A stretch of DNA of 63,326 nt, the filler included, from Nemertoderma westbladi (lineage: Eukaryota; Animalia; Xenacoelomorpha), in assembly GCA_032718475.1 (NCBI GenBank). It is 3 parts of 3 records of this genome, joined end to end, with 100 filler letters (N's around TTAATTAATTAA, not from the genome) between each part and the next. Parts side by side here need not be neighbours in the genome. Positions count along the whole stretch, not along the records: positions 1 to 30,401 come from JAUCBJ010002532.1; 2 more parts are not named here. One strand, given 5' to 3'. Of the stretch, positions 12,740-23,500 are shown piece by piece (positions within the stretch are counted from its first letter, which is position 1; each line of letters starts with the position of its first letter). The position numbers and the translations under genes were made by a program. The notes under the pieces are model-generated. The model did not search any database and was not told the origin of the DNA. It was given only the letters and a program-made list of their open reading frames with translations.

Positions 12740-14240
12740 AAAAAGAGTCCCTAAAGAACTGAAAACAAGTAAGTTGGTCCCAGCAACAAAGAAAGGCAAC
12801 CTAACAACCCGTGGATCTTTTCGTGGAATCTCATAATCTAGATTGCTGCAATGGTATACAACATAATTATATTAAATCGCGTCGAGAATCCTGTTGAGAG
12901 ACTGTTACGTGGGAACCAAAGTGGGTTCCGTAAAGGTCGTGGGACCACGGAGAATATTCTGGCACTTAAAAGGATGGGATGGTCGAAGAGTTACCAATAA
13001 AGAAAGACAGACAACTGGCTATTATCTTTGTTGATTTCTTTAAAGCCTTCGACTCAGTCTCCCGACCACGTATGTTCACCATTCTGGCAGCATGTGGGAT
13101 TCCTGTGGAAATTATTTCAGCAATCAGATCACTGTACGATGGTTCCACCACATTTGTGTCTCCTGCTGATAGTGACACAGATCCATTCGAAGTCTTATCG
13201 AAGTCCTTTAGGGTGACACACTTGCTCCATTCTTATTCGTAATTGTGGTTGATTATGTTCTACGCATGTCCTTAGACCATCTTAATAGTGATGGGATGAT
13301 GGTAACACCCCCCTACTGGCACAAGAAGTAGAGGAAATCCAGTAAAGACCTTACTGATCTAGACTTTGCTGATCACTTAGGGGTACTGTCAGAATCACTA
13401 GAGGGAGCCCAACGGTTCCTCTGCTCATTTTTGCAGGTTGCTTCTAGTGGTGGTTTTTTTGTAAATTCCTGGACAGCCCTCAAGAAATGTCTGATCGTAA
13501 GGGAATAAGCTCTAAGATCGGCTTTCTTGAGGATGAGTTCTGCTACTTGGGATCATGGATATCAGAAAGTCAGGTGAAGACCTACGGGCTACGGATACGT
13601 AAGGGGAAGGCATAGGCAGCGTTAAATAGTCTGCCCAGAATTAGGAAGTCCCTTAGAATAAAACGGAACCGTAAGGTTTGATTGTTTATGGCAGCAGTTA
13701 CTGCTCTGCATCCTCTGCAGTTAGAGCCCAGCATGGACTCCCATATAAGAGTACTGCTACTACTGTAGTAGCAGTACTCTTATATGGGAGTCCATGCTGG
13801 GCTCTAACTGCAGAGGATACCAAATCTCTGGATGGTACATTCACAAGAATGCTGCGCCGGGTCCATTGTGTCAAGTACAATGAACACATCTCCAACCAGA
13901 CTCTATACAACCATTGGAGGTATTCCATTAATCTCCCCTAGCTTGACACTTCAACGGATCCGTCTCCGCTTTGCAGGACATTGCTTTCGCCGTGAGGACC
14001 AGCCAGTGCATAATCTTGTGCTGTGGCGCCCTCATGGAGCGAATTGGCATGGTGGACAGCACCATGACTATCTTGAGGCACATCTTAAAGGACAGTGGCC
14101 TTGGAAATGCGTATGATCTATAGCAAATATCATGGGTGATAGGGAGTTGTGGCGGCGCAATTTTGCCGACAAGCAGGCACAGCATTCTTAATATATATAT
14201 AATGCAGCTGCAATGCAGCATGCCGATCATAGTAGTAGTA
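12740..14240 (+). mobile_element. Decayed, 5'-truncated RTE-group non-LTR retrotransposon (RT pseudogene) in a Nup214 intron
   Basis: Frameshifted RT motifs NQSGFRKGRGT, FVDFFKAFDSVSR, GDTLAPFLF, DLDFAD, VLLYGSPCW, RLRFAGHCFR. Ends in a (TAG)n tail at about 14230-14240. Confidence 0.85.
13710..13818. repeat. Perfect palindrome, 54-bp arms with 1-nt spacer
   Basis: 13710-13763 is the exact reverse complement of 13765-13818. Confidence 0.95.
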
Positions 14241-14450
14241 CTTATATCGCACCGTGTAGGCACTGTAATTGGCAATTGACATTCACTTTAGTTCACAGTT
14301 CACTTTATAATAATGCCTGATACAATAGAGAGAAGTATTATTTTAATAGCGGATGAGTTTAAAGATATTCTTATGTTTAGCCTGGTGTACGTTTTCTCTC
14401 GTCCCCTTCCGTAGTTGTGTTTTACGACGCCGATATTTTGTTTACTCTAG

Positions 14451-14621
14451 GAACCCTCCAGAGTTCACCTGTTTCGAGGATGTTTGCTTCGGGAGCGCTG
14501 TTTCGGAATATCGTCCTGCTAGCTACTATATCCGCTATATAGAAGTCTGGTCTATGATCCTGGTTGCCTCACCAAACTCGGTAGAAACCGCTGTGTTATG
14601 TCGCAATGCTGAGACAAATAG
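14451..14621 (+). CDS. NUP214: Nup214 internal exon (beta-propeller, C-terminal part)
   Basis: tctag|G ... AG|gtaact. Encodes NPPEFTCFEDVCFGS..YYIRYIEVWSMILVASPNSVETAVL, similar to Nup214 [33 protein letters not shown]. Confidence 0.88.
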
Positions 14622-14805
14622 GTAACTGCAAATGTGCTATAATAGAGACCACTTTCAACTAATTACGTAACCAGGTTGGAGGTAGTTATATTGATATAAA
14701 GTAATATTGGTGTCTAACTGTATACCGAAGTTAAGGGTAGTGTACAATAGCGTTTCAATTAAGGGAACAATATTACACGTAATTATTTATTTCGGTTTTG
14801 CGCAG

Positions 14806-15505
14806 ATGGGAGAAGTGGAATTGCCAGGACTCAGGTCGAGCGGAACTTCCCTTGACCGCGGATTCGTGCGAAACCTTCCCGCTAGGTGTCGCCATCGACT
14901 TCACACCTAGTGACGTCATCCGTATTAGCGATGACGTCAGTCTGCCCGCCTCACCGTTGTTATGCCTTCTCTCCAACAACAACGAGTTAGTTGTGTTCCA
15001 CGTCGTCAACCTGCTTGGGAGTATCACCCCTAACCCAATCAGTGCGTTACCCCCAGGGGGTCGAGTGGCCAATCAGCAGCCTTCCTCAGTAAGGTTGTCT
15101 GGGGGGTCCCAACAGTCGCGTCCAATAGGAAGCCAGTCAACGTCTATTGTCACCCAACAACGGTCTGTAATCGCCGTTAAGTCGACCCTGGATCCCTCCA
15201 ATAGGCAGGCTTCGTCTGTTGGTCTCCTAGCAACCGCTAACGTTAGCCAATCGGAGGTAGAGAAGCCCGATATGACGACGGTGACCTTTACCAGTCCAAC
15301 GCAAAGGCCGATAGCGCAAGCGAAACCGACTGCTTCGTCTCGCATCTCTAAACCTCCGACGGTCGGTGTCTCTAAACCACCGACTCTAGGCGTAGCCACA
15401 AAGAGTAGGTCAGCTCAACCCGACCAGGTCGGAAACGACCTAGGGAATGACGTCATCACCATGACTAATTCCTTCTCCTCCGAATTTAACACCCATAAAT
15501 CTCAG
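14806..15505 (+). CDS. NUP214: Nup214 exon (end of propeller + linker)
   Basis: cgcag|A ... CAG|gtgatt. WEKWNCQDSGRAELPLT..ETFPLGVAIDFT..SLPASPLLCLLS resembles Nup214 WESWLLEDSSRAELP..LPMGVVVDYT..LPPAPVLMLLS. Phase is compatible with the previous exon. Confidence 0.9.
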
Positions 15506-15716
15506 GTGATTATCGTTTTATATATTGAGTAACTACAATAACACAACACTTATACTCCTCTAACTGACAACTGTATATATTTTCCTTGTAAGAAGTATTG
15601 TGTATTAATGACAACAATAAGCCATTAATATAATGCGATAATTAAACAAACACGCAGATACTCGACTCGAAGTACTACATGGAAGTACCTCTAAATTAGT
15701 AAATATTGCGCCGTAG

Positions 15717-15882
15717 GTATTGTCTGTACGCGATCTGTGCCGTCAGCGACTTGGCGATAAAGCTGCCGCTATAGCGATACGGAAACGGATCGTGGAAGCA
15801 GCTGACTTTGCCGACGAATTGAGGAGAACTACCCTAGATCTTAATGACGACGTCCACGAGCTGAAGGGAGCTCTACTCAGAG
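15717..15882 (+). CDS. NUP214: Nup214 exon (coiled coil)
   Basis: cgtag|GTA ... AG|gttggt. Encodes VLSVRDLC...DLNDDVHELKGALLR. Phases 0/1 fit the flanking exons. Confidence 0.8.
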
Positions 15883-16156
15883 GTTGGTGGCTCAAAGTAG
15901 CGGGAAAATCTTTACCAATATCATTTTATATTCATGAACCTACTAACTGTGTAACAACAGCTGTTGCAACATTAATCTAGATTATTTTTGTTGTACATGT
16001 TACATGTTCTTGTATTTCTCACAGAACTGTTTACTTGAAAGTCTTAATCAGTACTTGATAAGATTACAATGAGAGAATATTGTAATAGAGGCGCGATCAT
16101 GTTTTTTACTTTTTTTACATGAGATATTACGACTTGGAAGATTAATATATAATGTC

Positions 16157-16510
16157 TTATTAAGTAATTTAAACAGGACTAAGGATGATCCAACTCTATA
16201 GCAAATGGAGCGGAAAAAATGAAATCGCCACCAGTGGGGATTGAACCCGCGTCTCCCGATAAACGTTCAGGTATGCTAACCACTACACCACGGAGGCTCC
16301 TGCATCTTTCCGATTGATTTGCTACAGGTGGCCTTACGGTTGCTATTGAATACAGTCCGCCCTTACGGATGGATTTAATCTATATTCTAATACATTCGGC
16401 GAATTCATTTTTTCCGCTCCATTTGCTATAGAGTTGGATTATCCTAAGTCCTGTTTAAATTACTTAATAATTTATACAATCTATGGATGTTAAACACTTA
16501 AACAATAATA
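16157..16510 (-). mobile_element. Small element: tRNA-like Pol III unit (about 16226-16297, minus) between 73-bp inverted repeats
   Basis: 16157-16229 and 16398-16470 are inverted with 3 mismatches. The inner minus strand reads GCCTCCGTGGTGTAGTGGTTAGC...GGGTTCAATCCCC (A and B boxes). ATAATGTCT occurs at about 16149 and 16512 (candidate TSD). Confidence 0.75.
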
Positions 16511-16938
16511 AATAATGTCTATTATTATTTTTAACATTTACTTTTAAAGATTATAAATAGTTTATTGCATTGGTTATCGTTGAGTTAAGACAGTATGGAG
16601 GTGGTTTTTGCTTACTTGTGCCGTTACTACTGATTAGCAATGCATAACATACCGTTGCGACATACCATTACTACTATATAGTAAGCCTACTGGCATGCCG
16701 GTATAGCAACAGCATGCTGGCGAGAGTGGGAAGTTAAAGGTACCCTTACAGGGTGTACTGGTAACGTGCCCAATTCGCTGGATGGCAATCATGAACGTTT
16801 CTTGATTCTCACCCATCGTATAAATTTCTGCATTACATAATGTTGTTATTACGTTATTGATTATTGTTTTTTATATTTTTCCCATGAAACCATCTAAGGT
16901 AGGGGACTGAGGAATTATGCAATCATGATGTAAGGGGA

Positions 16939-17082
16939 CTTATGATGCCTAATTGTTTTTGCATCCCATTGTTCACTAACCTGTTTCGACCGCTACCGCA
17001 CATTAACTTACTTATGATGCCTAATTGTTTGTGCATCCCATTGTTCACTAACCTGTTTCGACCGCTACCGCGCATTAACTTG
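16939..17082. repeat. Tandem duplication of about 72 bp
   Basis: CTTATGATGCCTAATTGTTT...CATTAACTT present twice, nearly identical. Confidence 0.85.
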
Positions 17083-17578
17083 CAGCTTATGCCTTTCCCT
17101 CTCCGCTCTTTCCAAACACAATCTCACTACTCGCTCATAACTATTTATTTATTGTGCTAAGTCCAACCTTACTTATAGTACTTACCTCGGTTTGGAGGTG
17201 TACATAATAATATTAATTAATTCATTTTTTTTATTATTTCTCATGAAACTATCTAAAGGAATAGCCTATCGAATAAGAATTTGACGGTTTCTGTAAATCT
17301 TAGAGTTATACAATTTCTATATGTTGGGTTTATGAGGTCTTCTAGTCTAGACATCGACTAATCTCGTAGATAAAGGATAATATGTAAACGGCGAATTGTA
17401 GTTGAGTAGTAATAGTAGTATTATATTGGGCTTGAATTAGTTGAAGTAGAATAATTTCTAAATCACCATTATTACAACAGTTCTCTATATATACTATATT
17501 TTAAATATGTAAATTTCTACGCTTTTTTCCCAGGGTTTTACTACTTAGGTTTACAGATTTTATTATTTCCTTTTTTAG

Positions 17579-17775
17579 GTTTTGCTGTTGGCGAGGAATG
17601 CAATAAACTGTTATCTCGTCGCCACGACACCCGGTACCTACATTTACTGCGTTCTCGGCCCCTGGGACCCGATCTGGCCTCCAAGTTGCGACATATTCAC
17701 CAATTGAAGTACTTCATTGAAACCTCAGTAGAAGGTTGTAATAAAGTTCTCGGGGACAGATGGATTAAAGCCAAG
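17579..17775 (+). CDS. NUP214: Nup214 exon (coiled coil); absent from the ORF track
   Basis: ttttag|GT ... AAG|gtgggg. Translates GFAVGEECNKLLSRRHDTRYLHLLRSRPLGPDLASKLRHIHQLKYFIETSVEGCNKVLGDRW, similar to Nup214 GFAGVEEA..DSGYLHLLYKRPLDP. Confidence 0.88.
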
Positions 17776-18617
17776 GTGGGGGGATAGATTATCAGTTCCA
17801 AACTGGGACAAAATATCTGTACATTAAACAAACATTAAAAAAATTATGGGGAACAGAACTAGCTGTAATTAAACTAATAACAATTGCGGTATTGCCTGAT
17901 GGTACATAATAATTATTTATTTGATGGGGAAAAAAGTACAACTTTTTTTCACTATTCTCGAAGCATTTTATTTACCGAGCGTCAGCGAGGTTAATAAAGG
18001 GTCGATTGCGATTCCAATTATTGTACGAGCTCTTCAACTACTGATGTTACTCAAGGTTAAATAATTTAGATTTATTTTAATTTATTTTTAATTTATAAAT
18101 TATTTTATATTTATTACGTAACTAGAGAGCCGCTTAACAACTTAAACCAATATTGGATATTGAGTTCCGTGTTGGAGTACACCTTTGCACTCTTGCAGAC
18201 ACTAAGTTGCAATAACTTTTGAGTGTCTGAATGGATTTTGCTCAAATTACTTGCAAACCTTTTCTACGTCGATGCTCTTTCAATATATTGAATACAATTT
18301 AAGAAATTCCACCAAAAACCCACACACCTTTTTTCGCCGGGAAAAAAAGGTAATATCAAAGGAATCCTATGGGTGACTTTTTTCCCTCATTTTTCTCCCG
18401 ATTTTGGGGAATATTCGAGCGAAAATAACAATTTATGATTATGAATAAAAATATTTATATGAATTATTTATTAAGAAGATAAAATTACGTATCCTGTACA
18501 ACACAGAGTTGGTATTAATAAAAGAGTTGGTAAAGGTTGTATTTCCTCAAATATTTATCTCAGTAACTCTTTACTTTTTATAATAACTTACCTTAATTGA
18601 AGTCGTTTATTGTTTAG

Positions 18618-21600
18618 GAAGCATCGAAGCGAAAGAAAAATATCGAAACACCGACAATGGATGCGATTTACAACACATTGACGTTGCAGCAACAAGTTAT
18701 CGCGCAAAACCACAGAAAAATGGACTTCCTCACTCATTCTGTGCAGGAGATGCAACTGGGAACCGCTAAGGGTCGACGGGATTGGCTCGATCTCAGATCT
18801 CCAATAAAACTCGATCGGCAGAACTCCATTTCCGATGCGATGACTTGTCCGGCCGCCCACGAATTATCGTATTTGGAAGAGAAGTTGAGTGCGACGAATC
18901 TGGGTAGTTACACGATGACGTCACCGTCGCGACATCAACGCGGTAAGCGTTCCGCCACCCCGGAACAGAAACTCAACAGCATTCGATCGGCGTTGGAGAA
19001 GAAATCCGTGACCCCGGTGCGACGGGCGTCCCCTGGGAAACCGCTAGTCCGGAAGTTGGAGCGGTCGCCGCGGTACAGAGCCCCGTCGATAACGGAAGAT
19101 AACGAAACGTACGAGGGTTCCGGCCCCGTCACGCCGCCGTCATACAGAGACTCCCAGCAGGAGAGTTTACTAACCGTAACCAATGCGGCGGTCGTGAGGA
19201 AACCCGAGTCGGTAGTTACTCATCAAGGAGATCGGACGCAAGGGGTACGTTTCGCTGATCCCCCGGGAAATATTCAGTCAATGTCGCAGTCAACCTGGGG
19301 TCTGTCACGATCTGTCCCACCCGTCGTCGAGACAACCTCCTCCCCGGTGCGATCTGTCCCACCCGTCGTCGAGACAACCTCCTCCCCGGGGCGATCTGTC
19401 CCACCCGTCGTCGGGACAACCGCCTCCCCGGTGCGATCTGTCCCACCCGTCGACCAGACCACCTCCACCAGTCCGTCCACACCGATGAGACCGCACTCCT
19501 CACCATCCCGATACACCCTGTCGTGGGGCGGCCCCGCCGAGGATGAGAGTTGGACGACCAACGCCGTCGACTCGTTGTCTCCCGACGAGCTGCACCAACG
19601 GGCCGCCGAGATCGCCGCTCTACAAACCTACGTGCCGCAGGTCTGCCCCATAGTGAATGCGGTGGATCTCCCCAATCAGCTGACGGAAGCCCAACGGGCT
19701 CTTGCTCGGGGCCCGAGGGATTTTTCCGCCAACCCCGGAATGGTTGTTAATCTGCCGCTTAGGAAACCAAATATTGTCCAATCAACGATCGCTTTAACAT
19801 CAGAAGCTGATCCATCAGTAAACAATTCGACATTGCCTGCAGAAAGTTCTAAAGTAACTTCTTTAGTTTCTGCTTCATCGAGTGTTTCTGGTACTTCCAC
19901 TAGCACGCCGACTATATCTTACAAAATAATAACTTCCGAATCAACAACAATTAAGATACGTTCACCACCACGCCAAGGTCCTCAGGATACGGTGACAGCC
20001 GCTCCCTCCATGTCGTCGCTAACAACAACTACTTTATCTTCTCAGACAACAACCTTTAGTTTCATCGAAGCCGCAAATGGCACCAAAAATAATTCCACTA
20101 CCAACAATAGCAAACCAACAAACTTTTCGTTTTTATCATTATCGTCCGGATTGCAAAAAACGACAACATGCGATAGTAAACCTACGTTTTCCTTTCTTTC
20201 CTCAATGTCGCAGACTCAGCAAGCAACTTCCTCCACTGGTGGCTTCGGTGGGTCGTCATTATTTGGTGGGAACCCACCAACATTCGGAGCTAACGATCGA
20301 CCTAAACTTTCATTCGGCTTGACTGGACAAGCACCCGCAATAGTGGAGGGTGTTGACTCAGTCAGATCGACTGCTGTTGTAACTTCGGAGGAAAATTCTG
20401 ATGAGAATGTCACATGCTCAAGTGATGTCTCTGCAAGTATTCCGACTACCACTGGGACAAACGAACAACACCCTGGTAACAATTCGCAACACCCTCAACT
20501 CGTTCAATCTAAAGTTGATGAGCTTAAGACATCTGTGTTCGACTCGACAACACCGGATTCTGTTACTGAGATTTCAAGTTCAAATAAAGTGAATCCAGGT
20601 GATGGAGTTTCGATCTCTGAGTTAAGTGCTACACAAACGTTGACAACACAGGTGTCAGCGATTTCTTCGCAATCGTCAACATCCATGCTAGATTCCGCAA
20701 GCGCAACAAGTATGTCTTCGCTGCAACTAACGGAATCTTTAACAAATGTGACAACCTCATCAAATGGCGTTGAATCGACTACTGACGCAGTAAGTTCTGT
20801 GTCTCAGTTAAATTCAACAAACAACTTGCAAGCAGTTGACAGCACTTCAGACACATCGGCTAATCGGGGTTTATTTGTAAATGCTAGTAATTCTGTTCAA
20901 CCTCAACAAGGATCAGTGAAGTCAGACTCATCCATTGCCTCAGTTCAATCGCAAGGATTGTTTGCAAACGCAGCAGTCTCTACACAGGCTTCTGTTACGA
21001 TTGAATCACAGGGAAGTTTGTTTAATCAGCAGTCACTCACACAAGGAGCTTTATTTGCCTCACAGGCGCAGGAATTAACTTCCCAGTCACAAGGTGGTGT
21101 CGTTACTACCCAGACACCGGGGGGTGTCGTTACTACCCAGACACCAGGGGGTGACGCTAGTTCACAGACACAAGGGGGAGTCTTTAATTCCCAGGTACAA
21201 GGACTCCAGGGTTCTGTATTCGGATCCATGTTTGTGTCAACAGCTAATAAACCATCCCTATTTGCCAGCACATCACAATCTAGTGGTTTTAGCTTCCTGG
21301 GAAGCCAGTCCTGCCAACCACAGTCTGTGTTTGGCAATCAAGCTTCACCATTCACCTCGACAGCTAACGTGCAGAAGTCGCCTTTCGCTGCGAATACAGC
21401 GTCAGATCCAAGTGGAGTTTTCGGAGGATCGTCGTTTTCGGGGTTAGGCGGTCAACCTACGCAGGACGGTGCGCAACGCAACCCATTCGCGGTCTCCAAC
21501 GCTCCCCAAACGACACCCTTCGGAGCTGCCCCTTCTTCGGGTCTATTTTCTGGCGGTTCAACATTCGGACAACCGCAGACTGCGAGCTCTTCCTCGGCGA

Positions 21601-22046
21601 GTTTGTTTTCGTCTGGACAGGGGATCGGCCAGGTCGGGTTCGGTGGGTTCGCCGCGCAACCCAGTGGCGGCGCCCAGTTCGGCACCCAACCCTCGCCCGG
21701 TTTCGGCGCGGCGCCCGCCTTCGGGACTCAGCCGGTTTCGCCTTTCGGGGGGCAGCAGGCCTCTCATTTCGGCGGTCAGCCCGTATTCGGCGGGGGCCAG
21801 CCCTCCGGTTTCGGCTCGGCTCCTACCTTCGGGGCTACTAGCCCTTTCTCCGGGACCTCACCAAGCAGACTGTTCGGCTCGGCGGGGGCCGTCACCCCCG
21901 GTGCAGCGGGTTCATTCCAACAAGCTGCCGCGCAACTACCCACATTCGGGACTTTAGTTCAACAGCCCACTGCCGGATTTGGGGTGACGTCACCATTCAG
22001 TGCGCAACAAGCCAGCAGCGGATCCTCTTTTAATCAATGGAGATAA
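18618..22046 (+). CDS. NUP214: Nup214 terminal coding exon (coiled-coil end, Ser/Thr-rich region, FG repeats)
   Basis: tttag|GAA is in frame with ORF 18657-22046. Contains TPTMDAIYNTL..QQQVI, many FG/SLFG/PTFG repeats, NPF and C-terminal SFNQWR. Confidence 0.92.
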   Translation, partial: EASKRKKNIETPTMDAIYNTLTLQQQVIAQNHRKMDFLTHSVQEMQLGTAKGRRDWLDLRSPIKLDRQNSISDAMTCPAAHELSYLEEKLSATNLGSYTMTSPSRHQRGKRSATPEQKLNSIRSALEKKSVTPVRRASPGKPLVRKLERSPRYRAPSITEDNETYEGSGPVTPPSYRDSQQESLLTVTNAAVVRKPESVVTHQGDRTQGVRFADPPGNIQSMSQSTWGLSRSVPPVVETTSSPVRSVPPVVETTSSPGRSVPPVVGTTASPVRSVPPVDQTTSTSPSTPMRPHSSPSRYTLSWGGPAEDESWTTNAVDSLSPDELHQRAAEIAALQTYVPQVCPIVNAVDLPNQLTEAQRALARGPRDFSANPGMVVNLPLRKPNIVQSTIALTSEADPSVNNSTLPAESSKVTSLVSASSSVSGTSTSTPTISYKIITSESTTIKIRSPPRQGPQDTVTAAPSMSSLTTTTLSSQTTTFSFIEAANGTKNNSTTNNSKPTNFSFLSLSSGLQKTTTCDSKPTFSFLSSMSQTQQATSSTGGFGGSSLFGGNPPTFGANDRPKLSFGLTGQAPAIVEGVDSVRSTAVVTSEENSDENVTCSSDVSASIPTTTGTNEQHPGNNSQHPQLVQSKVDELKTSVFDSTTPDSVTEISSSNKVNPGDGVSISELSATQTLTTQVSAISSQSSTSMLDSASATSMSSLQLTESLTNVTTSSNGVESTTDAVSSVSQLNSTNNLQAVDSTSDTSANRGLFVNASNSVQPQQGSVKSDSSIASVQSQGLFANAAVSTQASVTIESQGSLFNQQSLTQGALFASQAQELTSQSQGGVVTTQTPGGVVTTQTPGGDASSQTQGGVFNSQVQGLQGSVFGSMFVSTANKPSLFASTSQSSGFSFLGSQSCQPQSVFGNQASPFTSTANVQKSPFAANTASDPSGVFGGSSFSGLGGQPTQDGAQRNPFAVSNAPQTTPFGAAPSSGLFSGGSTFGQPQTASSSSASLFSSGQGIGQVGFGGFAAQPSGGAQFGTQPSPGFGAAPAFGTQPVSPFGGQQASHFGGQPVFGGGQPSGFGSAPTFGATSPFSGTSPSRLFGSAGAVTPGAAGSFQQAAAQLPTFGTLVQQPTAGFGVTSPFSAQQASSGSSFNQWR
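19308..19460 (+). repeat. In-frame 42-bp coding tandem repeat (RSVPPVVETTSSPV), about 3.5 copies
   Basis: CGATCTGTCCCACCCGTCGTCGAGACAACCTCCTCCCCGGTG repeated inside the Nup214 exon. Confidence 0.9.
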
Positions 22047-23039
22047 AACTAAAGATGAATTAAATACAAACTGAAAGTAATTAGGTATCAACGTCACCAA
22101 TTTCGAATATAGTGACTATTTATTATATATAAGAACTCAGTTGACTCCTTTTGAGAGGAAAATGTTTTATGGAATATAAGTTTAAGAATAGGAATTGAAA
22201 CTTACATTAACGTAATGAAACCCGCAATATCTAATTGGATCGTCGTACACAAGTATTTTATTATCTTTTCCACGCAATGCAAAAATTTATCGAGAGTGCT
22301 GTAAATATCACGTCTGCAGTGGTTTTTCGTCACTTTATTGGGGATATTTTCTATAACATTTTTCGTTTCTTTTCAGAAGTTCAATTAGTTAGTAAAGAGA
22401 GTAAAGATCAGACTAACGGACGACTCGATAAGCAAAGTTGCTTAAACCACAATTATGCGTGTCTCTAAAACACGCCATAGATTTGGCTACTACTTAACTC
22501 TTATCCTATTATTCTTTTTGTTTCCATAAAAATAAAATTAACATAATTTTTCCGAAAAAAATGTGTTTCCCAACTAACAGACGTAGACTAGATTCTTCCG
22601 AAAAAGATGTGTTTCCCGACAAACAGACACAGACTAGATTCTTGCGAACATCAAAACTGACATCGGAAATGATAAATCAGCGATCACGACAACCCCCCTG
22701 GGCCATTCTCACCATAAATTCTGTTTATGGCGGTTCTAGAAAGTGGTTGATGGCTTCAAAGAAAGCTGCTGAAGCGTAGATTTTGTACAATTAATTTCAG
22801 CTCAAACATACATCATGTCTTCCCATAGCAGAACATAATATGGCCAAAAAAAAGACATTTTCCATGTCCGGGGTCTAAAGTGATAGTAGAACAAACTGTT
22901 ATAAAATTCCAACCCAAGGTCATATCCAGTAAACCAAAATACCGTTAGAAAGCCGGGTAAATGGATATTCGTTTTCAGCTGTATTTGTATACGTACAATG
23001 TAGTTGGTGTCGTACAGCTGCATTTATCATTGTGTCCCA

Positions 23040-23500
23040 CACTTTTCTGATTTTTATGTCCGACCCTGTAATGGTGCTCATTGCATCATTTCAACTTTTT
23101 AAGAGCAATCCTAAATGTTAATATTCATTTGAAAGCAAATTTTCTCAGGATGACCATGTTAAAATTTCATCGCATTTACTTAATTTTCTTAGTTGACTAA
23201 GATTAATGTAACAATCAATTTGTCCGGCCCCTGTAATGGTCACACATTGCCTATTTGAAAGTGATAAATCACAGATAAGAGCTAATAAAACTACTGCCAG
23301 ATTCGTATTTCAAGGCGCTTTCAAGGGGTGTAAGAAATGTAGGTTAGCCACACTGCAAATTATCTACAGACAATGATCAATCACTGTGTCCGGTAATGTA
23401 ATGGTGTCCGCCCCTGGTAATATATGGCTCTGGGGTCATTACAGGGGCGGACATAATGATATCTTTACCTAGAAATGTTAAGCATTACAGGGCGGACTCG
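23040..23500. repeat. Degenerate DNA-transposon remnant with repeated TGTCCGCCCCTGTAATG motifs in both orientations
   Basis: Motif at about 23057, 23221 and 23405 (direct) and 23437 and 23483 (inverted). Ends not defined. Confidence 0.45.
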
